A stretch of DNA of 64,000 nt from a bacterium (GTDB lineage: Bacteria; Patescibacteriota; Patescibacteriia; UBA1558; UBA10009), in contig JABHGM010000001.1 of the NCBI GenBank assembly GCA_018672055.1, positions 200,884-264,883 on the forward strand, read 5' to 3'. Each line of letters begins with the position of its first letter. Positions within the stretch are counted from its first letter, which is position 1. The notes under the pieces are model-generated. The model was not told the DNA's origin, searched no databases, and saw only the letters and a list, made by a program, of their open reading frames with translations. A program made the translations under genes and the position numbers. Below, in pieces: positions 1-10,213 of this stretch.

Positions 1-316
1 TCATATTCTTTTTTATATCCTCTTTAGAAAGCATTGGTCTTTCACTTTCTTTATCAGATGTATCACCTATTACTCCGGTAAAGTCGCCAACAATAAATAT
101 TATTTGATGTCCTAAATCTTGAAAATCTTTTAACTTAAGAAGTGGTATAGCTCTACCTAAATGAATATTTGGGCTTGTTGGGTCAATACCAAGTTTAACT
201 CGTAACTTTTTACCAGATTTTAGTTTTTTTTCTAAATCTTTTTCATTAATTACTTCATCAACTCCACGAGAAAGAAGCTCTTTAATTTTCTTTTTATCTG
301 TTATTATTTTAGACAT
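1..316 (-). CDS. tyrS: Tyrosyl-tRNA synthetase, N-terminal part (gene continues past the window start)
   Basis: Reverse-complement translation from ATG at 316 gives MSKIITDKKKIKELL...GIDPTSPNIHLGRAIPLLKLKDFQDLGHQIIFIVGDFTGVIGDTSDK. This matches the class I HIGH-region and GDxTGxIGDPS pattern of TyrRS. The ORF runs off the window edge, so it is not in the ORF track. Confidence 0.7.
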   Translation of the reverse strand, partial: MSKIITDKKKIKELLSRGVDEVINEKDLEKKLKSGKKLRVKLGIDPTSPNIHLGRAIPLLKLKDFQDLGHQIIFIVGDFTGVIGDTSDKESERPMLSKEDIKKNM

Positions 317-319
317 ATA

Positions 320-892
320 TTATATTTTATTTAAACGTTTTATTGCATCTTCATAATATGGTTTAGCTATTTCTTTTGCACTGTCTGAAGAAATTCTATT
401 GTACATCCAATCAAATTTTTCTCTTATATTTTGTTTGCCTTGTTCTTGAACCTTTTTATTAAGAAAATGATCGACGTTATTCTCCAAGAAGCTTATTGAA
501 TCAGCATCCATTAAAATATTTTGTTCTTCAGTGCCACCAACCTCATGTTTTGATATCAACTCATATACCTTACTTACAATTCCCTTGTCTGCTAAACAAT
601 CTTCTAAAAATTTACAAACTATTTCAGCTCCTTTTTCTTGATGATATTTTATTTTGTCTGTTGCTATTACGGATTCTCCTTTCCCATACAACACTTTCTC
701 TCTAAAAATTCTTTCTGCATCATGGCCAATAGCTGCAATTAAAAGCGCTTCATCAGTATTTGGTTTTAATTTCTTAACCCAATAAGCTGTACGTTCAAAA
801 TGCTTATAACTTCTTTTGGCACACTTTTTATCCCCCTCTTTTAACCTGTCTAATATATACTTATCTACCTGCTTGTATAGTTTATTTTTCAT
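320..892 (-). CDS. HD-domain phosphohydrolase family protein
   Basis: 190-aa ORF containing the 'AAIGHDAERIF' H..HD motif. The specific family is not resolved. Confidence 0.5.
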   Translation of the reverse strand: MKNKLYKQVDKYILDRLKEGDKKCAKRSYKHFERTAYWVKKLKPNTDEALLIAAIGHDAERIFREKVLYGKGESVIATDKIKYHQEKGAEIVCKFLEDCLADKGIVSKVYELISKHEVGGTEEQNILMDADSISFLENNVDHFLNKKVQEQGKQNIREKFDWMYNRISSDSAKEIAKPYYEDAIKRLNKI

Positions 893-1020
893 ACTTTGCT
901 ATAATTAACATTCAAATTATACCACTATTCTGCTATAATACAAATGAAATATAGCTAAAATAAAGGATATTTATAATTCTAAGTAATTATTAATAAAACT
1001 ATACGTCTTTATCATAAAAC

Positions 1021-3966
1021 ATGCCTATACCACACTTAAAACAAGTTAGATCCCCTAAAAACTGGCGCAATAAGAAGCCGCGTATTAAAAAAAGGAGGTC
1101 TAATATCAGAAATATAAAGATTCGTCCTAAAAAGACTAAGAAGGTTTTTGATATACGTAAAGTTGAAAAACCATCTAAAAATATCTTAAAATTTCTTCTT
1201 ATTATATTACCTGTTTTTTTATTAAAATCTATACGTAAATTTTGGAAACTTATAATCGTTTTTGGAATACTTGGTATTATCTTTGTAATTATTATGTTTG
1301 TCTGGTATTCTCGCGATTTACCTGAACCAGGTCAATTAATGACTCGTGATGTTGCTCAGAGTACTAAAATATATGACAGGACTGGTGATCATTTATTATA
1401 TGAAATACATGGTGAACAGCAAAGAACAATTATCCCATTATCTGAAATACCTGAATATGCTGTTTGGGCTACTCTCTCGCTAGAAGATCAGCAATTCTAC
1501 CAACACAAAGGTTTTTCTCTGTGGGGAATGTTTAGAGGCATGGTAATTAATACTTTAAAAGGAGGTCGAGCTCAAGGTGGCTCTACCTTAACCCAACAAC
1601 TTGTTAAAAATGCTATTCTAACAAACGAAAGAAGAATTAGTCGTAAAATTAAAGAATTAATTCTGTCTTGGCAAATTGAGAAAAAATATTCTAAAGAAGA
1701 AATACTACAAATGTATTTTAATGAAATACCTTATGGTTCTACTGCTTATGGTATTGAGGCTGCCTCATATACTTACTTTGGAAAAAATGCTAAAGATATT
1801 ACTTTGGGTGAAGCAGCTATACTTGCTGCTCTGCCACAAAGACCAAGTTATCTATCACCAAATGGTAGTCATGTAGATGAATTGTTTGGCAGACAACACT
1901 ATGCTCTCAACCAAATGGTTGATCTAGGATACATAACTCCAGAAGCCGCTGAAATTGCTAAAAATGAAGAGATTGATTTTAAACAACGTATTGAAGGTGT
2001 AATTGCCCCTCATTTTGTTTTCTATGTTAAGGGCTTGTTAAGTGAAAAGTATGGTGAAAAAATGGTTGAGCAAGGTGGTTTAAAAGTAATTTCTACTCTA
2101 GATTATGATTTACAATTAAAGGCTGAGGAAATATTACAAGAACAAGCAGCTAAAAATTTAGAAAACTATGATGCCTCTAATGCAGCTTTAGTTAGTATAG
2201 ATGTTAAAACAGGACAAATACTTGCCATGGTTGGTTCTAAAGATTTTTTTGATGATGAAATAGATGGTCAGGTAAATATTGTAACTTCTTTAAGACAGCC
2301 TGGCAGCTCATTTAAGCCTCTTGTTTACACATCATCATGGGAAATGGGTTATGTGCCAGAAACCGTTGTCTACGACCTTGTTACCACGTTTCCAGCCGAT
2401 CCAAAGCCATACACACCACATAACTATGACTCTGAGGAAAGAGGTCCTGTTTCTTTAAGAAAAGCATTAGCTGGTTCATTAAATATACCTGCTGTTAAAA
2501 TGATTTATTTGGCTGGTATTAGTAATGTTTTAGACTTATCAGAAAAGCTTGGCTATACTTCGCTAGGTGACAGGTCTCGTTTTGGACTATCTTTAGTTTT
2601 AGGTGGTGGCGAAGTTAAGTTATTGGAACATGTTAATGCTTACGCTGCTTTTGCTAGAGAGGGTAAGTTCTTAAATACTTCTTCTATTTTAAAGCTTGAA
2701 GATGGAAATGGTAAATTAATGGAAGAATTTGAACAAGTAAGGGCCACCAAAGTAATGGAACCAAATATTGCAAATATTACTTCTGATGTTTTATCAGATA
2801 ACAATGCCAGGGCCTATGCTTTTGGTGAGAATAATTATTTAACTTTAGGTGGTGTCCAAGTTGCTGCCAAAACAGGAACTACTAATGATTATCGTGATGC
2901 TTGGACTATTGGTTATACGACTTCAATAGCTACTGGCGTTTGGGTTGGTAATAATGATAATTCAGAAATGAAGCTTGGCGCTGCTGGCGGAGCTATTGCT
3001 GCTCCTATTTGGCAAAAATTTATGACTGAGATAAATAAGGAATATCCAGGTAGTAATTTTAATGAGCCAAGTTATAGTATTCCAAATAAATCAATGTTAG
3101 GTGGCGAGGCTTCAGGTATTAAAGTAAATATTGATTCTATGTCTGGTCTTTTAGCTTCAGAAAATACACCAAACCATTTAATAATTGAAAAAACTTTTAA
3201 ACAAGCTCATAGCATCTTACATTATGTAAATAAAAATAATCCTTTAGGAGGCGCTTTAAATACTCCAAGCGATGACCCTTTTTATGAGTCCTGGGAAAGT
3301 GAAGTTGTAGAGTGGGCTTTAGAAAATGAAGTTGTTAATGAATTGCCACCAACTGAATATGATAATATTCATAAAGCAAACGATAAACCAAACGTATCTT
3401 TTAGCTCGCCAAATAATAATCAAAATATTAGTGATACTGTAGTTACTTTAAAAGCTAATGCTAATTCAAATAGGGGTGTTGTTAAATTAGAATATTATCT
3501 TGATAATACATTAATTAATACAATTTATTCTACTCCATACACTTTTAATTATTCAATCCCTCATAATATTTTAAATGGTGCTCACCGTTTTATTGTTAAA
3601 GCTTATGATGATTTAGGAAATGTTGGTGAAGCACAAATTAACTTTAATCTCGAACGTGATTCATATTTAAATATAAACTGGTTAGAACCAAATACTAGCA
3701 CCACGCTTGATTCAGGTGATTTTCCATTTAATTTAATTCTATATATTGAAGAGGTGGAAAGGGTAAATAAGATAGATTTCTATTATCAATTAGTAGATAG
3801 TAATAGTTCTGGATTCTTAGGCTTTACAGACCAGGTCTATCAAAACAATAACCAAATTACCTGGGTTTCTCCACCGGCTATAGGCGTATATCATGTCTAC
3901 CCAGTTATAACAGATAATAATAATCAAATTTTTACAGGACCTAGAATAACAATAAGTATTGAATAA
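1021..3966 (+). CDS. Bifunctional class A penicillin-binding protein (PBP1A-type glycosyltransferase/transpeptidase) with C-terminal Ig-like domains
   Basis: Basic N-terminal tail, then one TM helix. GT51 motifs (EDQQFYQHKGF, GGSTLTQQLVKN), transpeptidase SxxK (SSFKP) and KTGT. The ~300-aa C-terminal extension looks like Big/Ig-like repeats. Confidence 0.85.
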   Translation: MPIPHLKQVRSPKNWRNKKPRIKKRRSNIRNIKIRPKKTKKVFDIRKVEKPSKNILKFLLIILPVFLLKSIRKFWKLIIVFGILGIIFVIIMFVWYSRDLPEPGQLMTRDVAQSTKIYDRTGDHLLYEIHGEQQRTIIPLSEIPEYAVWATLSLEDQQFYQHKGFSLWGMFRGMVINTLKGGRAQGGSTLTQQLVKNAILTNERRISRKIKELILSWQIEKKYSKEEILQMYFNEIPYGSTAYGIEAASYTYFGKNAKDITLGEAAILAALPQRPSYLSPNGSHVDELFGRQHYALNQMVDLGYITPEAAEIAKNEEIDFKQRIEGVIAPHFVFYVKGLLSEKYGEKMVEQGGLKVISTLDYDLQLKAEEILQEQAAKNLENYDASNAALVSIDVKTGQILAMVGSKDFFDDEIDGQVNIVTSLRQPGSSFKPLVYTSSWEMGYVPETVVYDLVTTFPADPKPYTPHNYDSEERGPVSLRKALAGSLNIPAVKMIYLAGISNVLDLSEKLGYTSLGDRSRFGLSLVLGGGEVKLLEHVNAYAAFAREGKFLNTSSILKLEDGNGKLMEEFEQVRATKVMEPNIANITSDVLSDNNARAYAFGENNYLTLGGVQVAAKTGTTNDYRDAWTIGYTTSIATGVWVGNNDNSEMKLGAAGGAIAAPIWQKFMTEINKEYPGSNFNEPSYSIPNKSMLGGEASGIKVNIDSMSGLLASENTPNHLIIEKTFKQAHSILHYVNKNNPLGGALNTPSDDPFYESWESEVVEWALENEVVNELPPTEYDNIHKANDKPNVSFSSPNNNQNISDTVVTLKANANSNRGVVKLEYYLDNTLINTIYSTPYTFNYSIPHNILNGAHRFIVKAYDDLGNVGEAQINFNLERDSYLNINWLEPNTSTTLDSGDFPFNLILYIEEVERVNKIDFYYQLVDSNSSGFLGFTDQVYQNNNQITWVSPPAIGVYHVYPVITDNNNQIFTGPRITISIE

Positions 3967-4189
3967 TATGGAAGTTAAGTTGGGTATTTATTTACATTAT
4001 AAAAATAAAAAATATAAAGTGCTTGGTACCTGTAGACATAGTGAAACCAACGAAGAGATGGTTCTTTATGAAACTTTATATAAAAACCCTAAAAGTAAAT
4101 TATGGGTTAGGCCTAAAAACATGTTTTTAGAAGAAATTGTTATTGATAATAAAAAAGTACCTAGATTTAAATTTATTTCAACCAAATAG
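3959..4189 (+). CDS. DUF1653 family protein
   Basis: 76 aa. HYKNKKYKVLG..HSETNEEMVLYETLY...LWVRP..MF matches the DUF1653 signature. Confidence 0.7.
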   Translation: MNNMEVKLGIYLHYKNKKYKVLGTCRHSETNEEMVLYETLYKNPKSKLWVRPKNMFLEEIVIDNKKVPRFKFISTK

Positions 4190-4307
4190 AAAAGAAGATT
4201 CCATGCAGATCTTCTTCTCTATCCCCTTTTTATGGGCTATATGATAATGGCTCTGTTTTTTTTATTATTTGGATAGTAATTAAAAAACTTTGCCTTAATC
4301 AATTAAT

Positions 4308-5417
4308 TTATTGTTTTATCGGCATAACTATATATAAATAGTTGCCATTTTTATCAGCCTTCATTACGCCCGGTGAATTATCATTTACTAATTCTAACAC
4401 CACTTCGTCCTCTCCCAAATTACTTAGGCCGTCTAAAAAATATCTATAGTTAAACACCACTTCATTATCAATCCCAGAAATTTCGGTTGAAAGAGTTACT
4501 GTGTTTTCACCTATACCACTATTTGCAGCTGAAACAATTAATTCATTTTTTTCTTCTAATAAATTTAATTTAACATCATTAACACCTGGTTTACAAAACA
4601 AAGAAACACTTTTTATAATCCTAGAAAGCTCTTCAACCTTAACCTTGGTTTGAGTTTTGCTTTCAGTAGGAATTATTTGCTTATAATCAGGATATTGTCC
4701 TTCAATAAGTCTTGAAACAAGCTCAACTTCATCCTCTAAAACAAACATTATTTGACTGTCATTAATATATATTATAATTTCTTCTTGGTTTGTTTCTGAT
4801 AATATTCTATTTAACTCTTGCAAGGTTCTAAGAGGAACTATTATTTTATGTTCTTCGCCACTTGAATCTGTTAAAGCTATGCTTTTTTCTGCCAACCTAT
4901 AACTATCAGTACCAACAAGAAGTAATTTATTATTACTAATGCTAAAGAATATTCCACTTATCTCTGGTCTTGATTCATCTAGGGTTACAGAAAACATTAC
5001 CTGATTTAAAGCCTTTTTTAAATCTATGCTTTTAAGTTTTACTTTTTTATCTTTATTTACTTCTGGTATTACTGGAAAATCTGATGATTCTAAACCTTTT
5101 ATATATGTTTCGTGTTTTTGACACTCAATATAAACTGTTTGATCTTTAAGCTCTAAGCTTATTTTTTCTTTAGGTAATAAATTAATATAGTCAGCTAATA
5201 ATTTTGCTTGCACTGTAAAAGAACCTTCTTTTTCAATTTTACCTCTTAGTTGTGTTTTAATACCAATTTCTAAATTAGTTGAACTTAAATTAATTAATCC
5301 ATCCTTAACTTCAAGTAATATATTATTTAAGATTGGTAAAGTTACGCTGCGGCCAGCTATATGACTTACGTTAGACAAGGCTTTGTTAAAATTCTCCTGC
5401 GTGCATGTGAATTTCAT
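4308..5417 (-). CDS. dnaN: DNA polymerase III beta sliding clamp
   Basis: 369 aa with the typical N-terminus MKFTCTQENFNKALSNVSHIAGRSVTLPILNNILLE. Three-domain length. Lies next to dnaA. Confidence 0.9.
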   Translation of the reverse strand: MKFTCTQENFNKALSNVSHIAGRSVTLPILNNILLEVKDGLINLSSTNLEIGIKTQLRGKIEKEGSFTVQAKLLADYINLLPKEKISLELKDQTVYIECQKHETYIKGLESSDFPVIPEVNKDKKVKLKSIDLKKALNQVMFSVTLDESRPEISGIFFSISNNKLLLVGTDSYRLAEKSIALTDSSGEEHKIIVPLRTLQELNRILSETNQEEIIIYINDSQIMFVLEDEVELVSRLIEGQYPDYKQIIPTESKTQTKVKVEELSRIIKSVSLFCKPGVNDVKLNLLEEKNELIVSAANSGIGENTVTLSTEISGIDNEVVFNYRYFLDGLSNLGEDEVVLELVNDNSPGVMKADKNGNYLYIVMPIKQ

Positions 5418-5542
5418 AGCATTATTATTAGTTATTTAATATATATTTATATAGTTATTATAATAGGGACTGTTAATATGTTTAAAAGTTTTTAAACTAC
5501 CCACTTTTATTACCTTTATTTGTGTTTTTTAAATTTGTAAAG

Positions 5543-5573
5543 TGAGGATAATAATTTAATTGTTTTTGGATAA
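5543..5573. promoter_or_regulatory. Two DnaA-box-like 9-mers (TTATCCtCA and TTATCCAaA, read on the reverse strand) in the AT-rich dnaA-dnaN spacer; candidate oriC element
   Basis: tgaggataa at 5543-5551 and tttggataa at 5565-5573 each differ from TTATCCACA by one base. The surrounding 5418-5688 is very AT-rich. Confidence 0.3.
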
Positions 5574-5688
5574 ATAATATTTTTTTTATATTATCTCTTT
5601 TTCTGTTAACAACTATTTTTTTTATTAACCTTTTTTAACAACCTTATGCTTATTCTTTCCTCAAACTTATACCTAAGTTATTCAGAGC

Positions 5689-7053
5689 TTATTGGTAAAA
5701 CTTTTGTTTAATAAGATGAATATCATTTTTCATTTTCTCATCTTTTTCTAAAATTGCTGTTATTTTGTTACAAGCATGAATAGCTGTGGTGTGGTCTCTG
5801 CCGCCAAGTTCTTGGCCAATTGATGGATAAGAAGCCTTTATTTCTTCTCTCATTAAATACATTACAATTTGTCTTGGAGTAACCAGCTGTCTTCTTCTGC
5901 AATTACCTGTTATTTCTTCAATTGATATATCAAAATAGCTGGAAACAATTTGAATTATTTTTTTAGGTGTAATATTGCCTCTTACATTAGAAGCGCTTAT
6001 ATTTTCCATTATCTGTTTTGTAGAGTCGAGAGTTATGTTTGAGTTATTTAACTGATGATGCCCTATTATTCTATTTAAAGCGCCCTCAAGCTCTCTAACG
6101 TTGTTTCTAACGTTCTCAGCTAAGTATTGAATAACCTCTTTTTCTATCTCATGTTCTTTTTCATTAGCCTTGGCTTCTAAGATAGCTATTCTTGTTTCAA
6201 GATCAGGCGCTGATATATCAGCAGTCATGCCCCATTCAAATCTAGAGATTAATCTTTGTTCAATGTCTGGTATGGCCTTGGGTGGCCTATCACTGCTTAA
6301 AACAATTTGTTTATTATCCTGGTGCAGTGCATTAAAGGTGTGAAAAAATTCTTCTTGAGTTTGTTCTTTGCCTGAAATAAACTGAATATCATCAATTATT
6401 AAGACATCAACCTTACGATATATGTTTTTAAATTGATCTACTGTATTAGTTTTAATAGATTGAATAAAATCATTAGTAAACTTTTCTGAACTTATAAAAA
6501 GTATTTTAAGTTTTGGGTTATTTAATAATAAATGATTGCCAATGGCTTGAGCTAAATGAGTTTTTCCAAGACCAACACCGCCGTAAATAAAAAGCGGGTT
6601 ATATGAAATACCCGGTTTTTCAGCTACAGCCTTAGCAGCAGCACTAGCAAGTTCATTGCCTTTTCCAATAACAAATGATTCAAAGTTATATTTTTCATTA
6701 AAACCAAATTTGTTTGATGTTCTTTTTTCGCTTGAAGTATTATTAGAATCAACTTCTACCCTTGGAGTGATTCCGTCTAGCTTAGGCTTTATAACTTGAG
6801 GCTTAGAGGTTTCAACAACAAATTCAAGCAATTTAACATCTTTACTGGTAATATTTTTTAAAGCTTGCAAGATTTGTTCTTTGTATTTTTTTTCAAGCCA
6901 AGCTTTAGTAAAAGCGTTTGGTGTACCAACTATCACCTTATTATCCTCAGAAGAACTAATAAATGTATTTTTAAACCAAGTAGTAAAATTAGCTTTACTA
7001 ATTAAAAGCTCTAATTCACCTAGAACGGCTTGCCATAGTTGATCATTGGTCAT
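5689..7053 (-). CDS. dnaA: Chromosomal replication initiator DnaA
   Basis: The track ORF 5689..7296 is trimmed to the ATG at 7053 (MTNDQLWQAVLGELE...). Walker A GGVGLGKTHL, and a C-terminal DNA-binding domain (...RDHTTAIHACNKI). Confidence 0.9.
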   Translation of the reverse strand: MTNDQLWQAVLGELELLISKANFTTWFKNTFISSSEDNKVIVGTPNAFTKAWLEKKYKEQILQALKNITSKDVKLLEFVVETSKPQVIKPKLDGITPRVEVDSNNTSSEKRTSNKFGFNEKYNFESFVIGKGNELASAAAKAVAEKPGISYNPLFIYGGVGLGKTHLAQAIGNHLLLNNPKLKILFISSEKFTNDFIQSIKTNTVDQFKNIYRKVDVLIIDDIQFISGKEQTQEEFFHTFNALHQDNKQIVLSSDRPPKAIPDIEQRLISRFEWGMTADISAPDLETRIAILEAKANEKEHEIEKEVIQYLAENVRNNVRELEGALNRIIGHHQLNNSNITLDSTKQIMENISASNVRGNITPKKIIQIVSSYFDISIEEITGNCRRRQLVTPRQIVMYLMREEIKASYPSIGQELGGRDHTTAIHACNKITAILEKDEKMKNDIHLIKQKFYQ

Positions 7054-7245
7054 AATTGTTTTTGTTTTAATTTGTTTAAGGGTAAATAGAATAATAGCAT
7101 AAAATTTGGATTTACAAAATATCCCCAAAAGAGAACAAATTGTACATAAACTGTTGATGAATTGGGTATAATATATATGCCTCATAAAAGCATTGACTTG
7201 AGGGTTAAAAGTTGCTAGACTTAAAACCATTAAATATATAAATAT

Positions 7246-7383
7246 ATGCCTAAAAGAACATATCAACCGAAAAAAAGAAGACGCGCTAAAAAACATGGTT
7301 TTAGAAAAAGAATGTCATCTAAAACAGGTAAACGCGTTTTAAAGAAAAGAAGAGAAAAGGGTAGAAAAAGCTTAACCGCTTAA
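7246..7383 (+). CDS. rpmH: 50S ribosomal protein L34
   Basis: Not in the ORF track because it is only 45 aa: [45 protein letters not shown]. This is the canonical L34 sequence and sits directly upstream of rnpA. Confidence 0.85.
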   Translation: MPKRTYQPKKRRRAKKHGFRKRMSSKTGKRVLKKRREKGRKSLTA

Positions 7384-7389
7384 ATTTTT

Positions 7390-7731
7390 ATGCTTTTTAA
7401 ATTAAAATCTATTACTAAAGAAAAGGATTTTAAAGAAATAGCTAGAAAAGGAAGAATTGCCTCAAGCCAAGAAATTACTCTTAAAGTATTAAAGAGTGAT
7501 ATAGAAGATAATAGATTTGGTATTGTAATTTCAAAGAAAGTCTCAAAAAAAGCCATAGAGAGAAATAAGTTAAAGAGACAAATTAAAGAGATTATAAAAC
7601 TAGAATTAAAAAGCCTAAAAAACGGGCATAGTATTTTAATTTTAGTAAGCCCTAGAATGATAGGTAAAGAATACAATGAAATTAAGGAAATACTACTAAA
7701 ACTCTTTAAAAAAGCCAATCTTTATGCTTAA
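7390..7731 (+). CDS. rnpA: RNase P protein component
   Basis: 113 aa, basic. RNR-like region (SKKVSKKAIERNKLKRQIKE). Conserved rpmH-rnpA order. Confidence 0.85.
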   Translation: MLFKLKSITKEKDFKEIARKGRIASSQEITLKVLKSDIEDNRFGIVISKKVSKKAIERNKLKRQIKEIIKLELKSLKNGHSILILVSPRMIGKEYNEIKEILLKLFKKANLYA

Positions 7732-7960
7732 GAAAATAGCTTTAAAAATAATTAAAATATATCAAAAAACCTTATCTCCTGACACAGGCTGGTTTTCATT
7801 TAAAAACCCCTATGGATATTGTAAACATTTTCCAACCTGTTCTAATTATACATATCAAGCAATTGAAAAATATGGAACAATTAGAGGTAGTTTAAAAGGT
7901 TTTTTTAGAATATTAAGATGTAATCCCCTAACTAAAGGCGGATACGACCCATTAAAATAA
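7724..7960 (+). CDS. yidD: Membrane protein insertion efficiency factor YidD
   Basis: 78 aa. CKHFPTCSNYTYQAIEKYG...GFFRILRCNP is the YidD signature. Confidence 0.85.
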   Translation: MLKKIALKIIKIYQKTLSPDTGWFSFKNPYGYCKHFPTCSNYTYQAIEKYGTIRGSLKGFFRILRCNPLTKGGYDPLK

Positions 7961-7964
7961 AACT

Positions 7965-8681
7965 ATGTTCGGAACACTTTATCAAACAATACTTTATCAA
8001 CCAATTTTTAACTTACTAGTATATTTTTATAATGTATTTGGAGATCTTGGTTGGGCAATAATATTTTTAACTATTGTTATTAAGTTAATTCTATCTCCAT
8101 TTTTTATTCAATCTATTAAGGCTCAAAGAGCAATGCAAGCTATTCAGCCTAAACTTGAAGCTTTAAAAGAGAAATACAAGGATGAAAAAGATAAATTAGG
8201 ACCAGCCATGATGGCTTTGTATAAGGAAGAAAAAGTAAGTCCTTTTTCCTCATGTTTACCTTTGCTTTTACAGTTTCCTTTTTTAATAGCAGTTTTTCAA
8301 GTATTTAGAACAGGCCTTGCAAATGGTAGTTTTGAATTAGTCTATCCATTTATTCATAATCCAGAATATTTAGAGCCTTTAGCTTTTGGCATTATCGATA
8401 TGAATGTACGAAGTATACCTCTTGCATTATTAGCTGGTGCTGCCCAATTTTGGCAGTCAAAAACCATGATGGCTAGAAAGAAGGATGAACCAAAACAGAA
8501 AAATAACATGGCAGCAAACATGACCAAACAAATGATGTATATGATGCCAATTATAACAGTCTTTATTGGTTTCTCATTACCTGCTGGGCTTACCTTTTAT
8601 TGGTTCTTAACAACTCTGCTTAGTGCAGTTCAACAAATATATATATTTAGAGATAAAAAAGTTGAAGTTATAAAAGCATAG
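7965..8681 (+). CDS. yidC: Membrane protein insertase YidC/Oxa1 family (short form)
   Basis: 238 aa, multi-TM. Conserved yidD-yidC order. Confidence 0.8.
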   Translation: MFGTLYQTILYQPIFNLLVYFYNVFGDLGWAIIFLTIVIKLILSPFFIQSIKAQRAMQAIQPKLEALKEKYKDEKDKLGPAMMALYKEEKVSPFSSCLPLLLQFPFLIAVFQVFRTGLANGSFELVYPFIHNPEYLEPLAFGIIDMNVRSIPLALLAGAAQFWQSKTMMARKKDEPKQKNNMAANMTKQMMYMMPIITVFIGFSLPAGLTFYWFLTTLLSAVQQIYIFRDKKVEVIKA

Positions 8682-8685
8682 ATAT

Positions 8686-8952
8686 ATGAATATTGCTTGG
8701 GAAAATTTAAAAAACTTACCAGTTTTTACCCAAAGCAACCAGCAGCTGGGTAGAATTTGTGATATTGAAATTGATAGTAAAACTCATAGTATAAATAAAT
8801 ATATTATAAAAAGCTCAAAAGTTATTAAAAGATTAACAGAAGAAAATATATTAATATCTCCTTCACAAGTAATAGCTATAGATGAAAATAAAATGATAGT
8901 CGTAGATAATGTAGTTCAGAACAAAGTATTAGTAAAGGCAACAGCAATTTAA
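8686..8952 (+). CDS. Small hypothetical protein, possibly PRC-barrel-like
   Basis: 88 aa. The 'QQLGRICDIEID..T..I..YII' pattern resembles a PRC barrel. It occupies the slot where jag often follows yidC. Confidence 0.35.
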   Translation: MNIAWENLKNLPVFTQSNQQLGRICDIEIDSKTHSINKYIIKSSKVIKRLTEENILISPSQVIAIDENKMIVVDNVVQNKVLVKATAI

Positions 8953-8968
8953 TTTTAAATAAAAAAAA

Positions 8969-8999
8969 TAAACGGTTGATATATTATCAACCGTTTTTA
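8969..8999. terminator. Bidirectional rho-independent terminator
   Basis: aacggttgata-tat-tatcaaccgtt hairpin, with an A-run before it and a T-run after it. Confidence 0.6.
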
Positions 9000-9005
9000 T
9001 TGTTG

Positions 9006-9075
9006 TGACACCACAAGGATTCGAACCTCAGTCTTTTCCTGTGAGGGAAATGCTCTACCATTGAGTTATGGTGTC
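9006..9075 (-). tRNA. tRNA-Val (anticodon CAC)
   Basis: The reverse complement folds as a 70-nt cloverleaf with a 7-bp acceptor stem. Anticodon loop cTCACag; T-arm GGTTCGAATCC. No encoded CCA. Confidence 0.8.
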
Positions 9076-9299
9076 TATTGAATGAAGTGCGTTCAATACT
9101 ATAAAAAGTGAGCTAATCTATCAAACAGGATAGGTAAAAGATACCATAGACTAACTCTATCAAGCATTGAAAGTAAATAAACATTTTATAGTAAATGAAC
9201 GCATAAAAGGCACAAACCTACATAAGTCTATAGCAGAGACTTAACCTCCTTTACCGATAGTAAAAAAGACACACTTGTAAAATTAAGTTATGTAGGTCG

Positions 9300-9372
9300 C
9301 GATGTTACTAGGACTCGAACCCAGGACCCCTGCGTAACAGGCAGGTGCTCTAGCCAACTGAGCTATAACATC
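9300..9372 (-). tRNA. tRNA-Asn (anticodon GTT)
   Basis: The reverse complement reads GATGTTATAGCTCAGTTGGCTAGAGCACCTGCCTGTTACGCAGG...TTCGAGTCC...; anticodon loop CTGTTAC. Confidence 0.85.
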
Positions 9373-9449
9373 ATTGTAAGTACAAAGTTATAGTATATTA
9401 TAGTATATTAAAAAAAATGTCAATACTATGACACTTTATGATATTTTAT

Positions 9450-10211
9450 TTAAAATAATCTATTACTGCCAACAATTACATTTAATTTATTAGGAGCTAC
9501 TTTTATTTCAACAGGTGTCTTAGAAACTGCTTGTTGATCTATAATGATCGTAGCTGGCTCACCGTCACTACCTATCTTTATTTTTTTAAATGGGAAAATG
9601 CTTTGGTTGATGGTTTTAATTTTTTTAAATACACTACTTTTACCAACAGCCACTACAGCCTCTAAGAGACCGTCAGTAGGATTAGATATATTGCTTTTAT
9701 AAATCGATTGATTTGAAGTTAGAAAGCCTAAATTACAAATACTTATTAATGAATTTTTTGTTATTGGACTTATCTTATACTTACCAAACTCTAATACTAC
9801 ATCAGAATTAGTAATAGTTACTGAATCAATAAAGTATTGCTTATTTATTTTACCAAGATCTAATTTTTTAACTAGACGTTGAGCTAACACCTCACAAGCT
9901 TGATCAGCTGGCGGAATGCCAAGTATTTGACCTACCTTACTTTTATCACTAATGGGTATATAACCTAAAGTAATATCTAAATCTGCTACAATATTTACTA
10001 TTTTACTAAACGTTTGATCATCACCAACAGCTACTATAGTTTTAATGCCTTGTTCTATCCCCTCCTCAATAACTTCTTTCATATTTTTTAGAATACTAAG
10101 TCTACATATTTTACCCTTAATTTCTAAATCAGCTAAACGATTTTCTAATTTATTAAGTGTATTAAAATATTTCTTATTATTTAAGAAGCTGTCATATATA
10201 TAGAGATACAT
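9450..10211 (-). CDS. Diacylglycerol/lipid kinase catalytic-domain protein (YegS/BmrU-like)
   Basis: 253 aa. DAGK_cat-like 'TIVAVGDDQTF' motif near the N-terminus. Confidence 0.5.
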   Translation of the reverse strand: MYLYIYDSFLNNKKYFNTLNKLENRLADLEIKGKICRLSILKNMKEVIEEGIEQGIKTIVAVGDDQTFSKIVNIVADLDITLGYIPISDKSKVGQILGIPPADQACEVLAQRLVKKLDLGKINKQYFIDSVTITNSDVVLEFGKYKISPITKNSLISICNLGFLTSNQSIYKSNISNPTDGLLEAVVAVGKSSVFKKIKTINQSIFPFKKIKIGSDGEPATIIIDQQAVSKTPVEIKVAPNKLNVIVGSNRLF

Positions 10212-10213
10212 AT

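Noticed and set aside
7054-7296. A 535-aa version of DnaA starting at 7296
   Set aside because: The upstream 81 codons are hydrophobic, unlike DnaA, and run through the intergenic/promoter region. The conserved DnaA N-terminus begins at MTNDQLWQ (7053).
7380-7718. 112-aa minus-strand ORF
   Set aside because: Antisense to the well-supported rnpA; low-complexity S/L/I-rich product.
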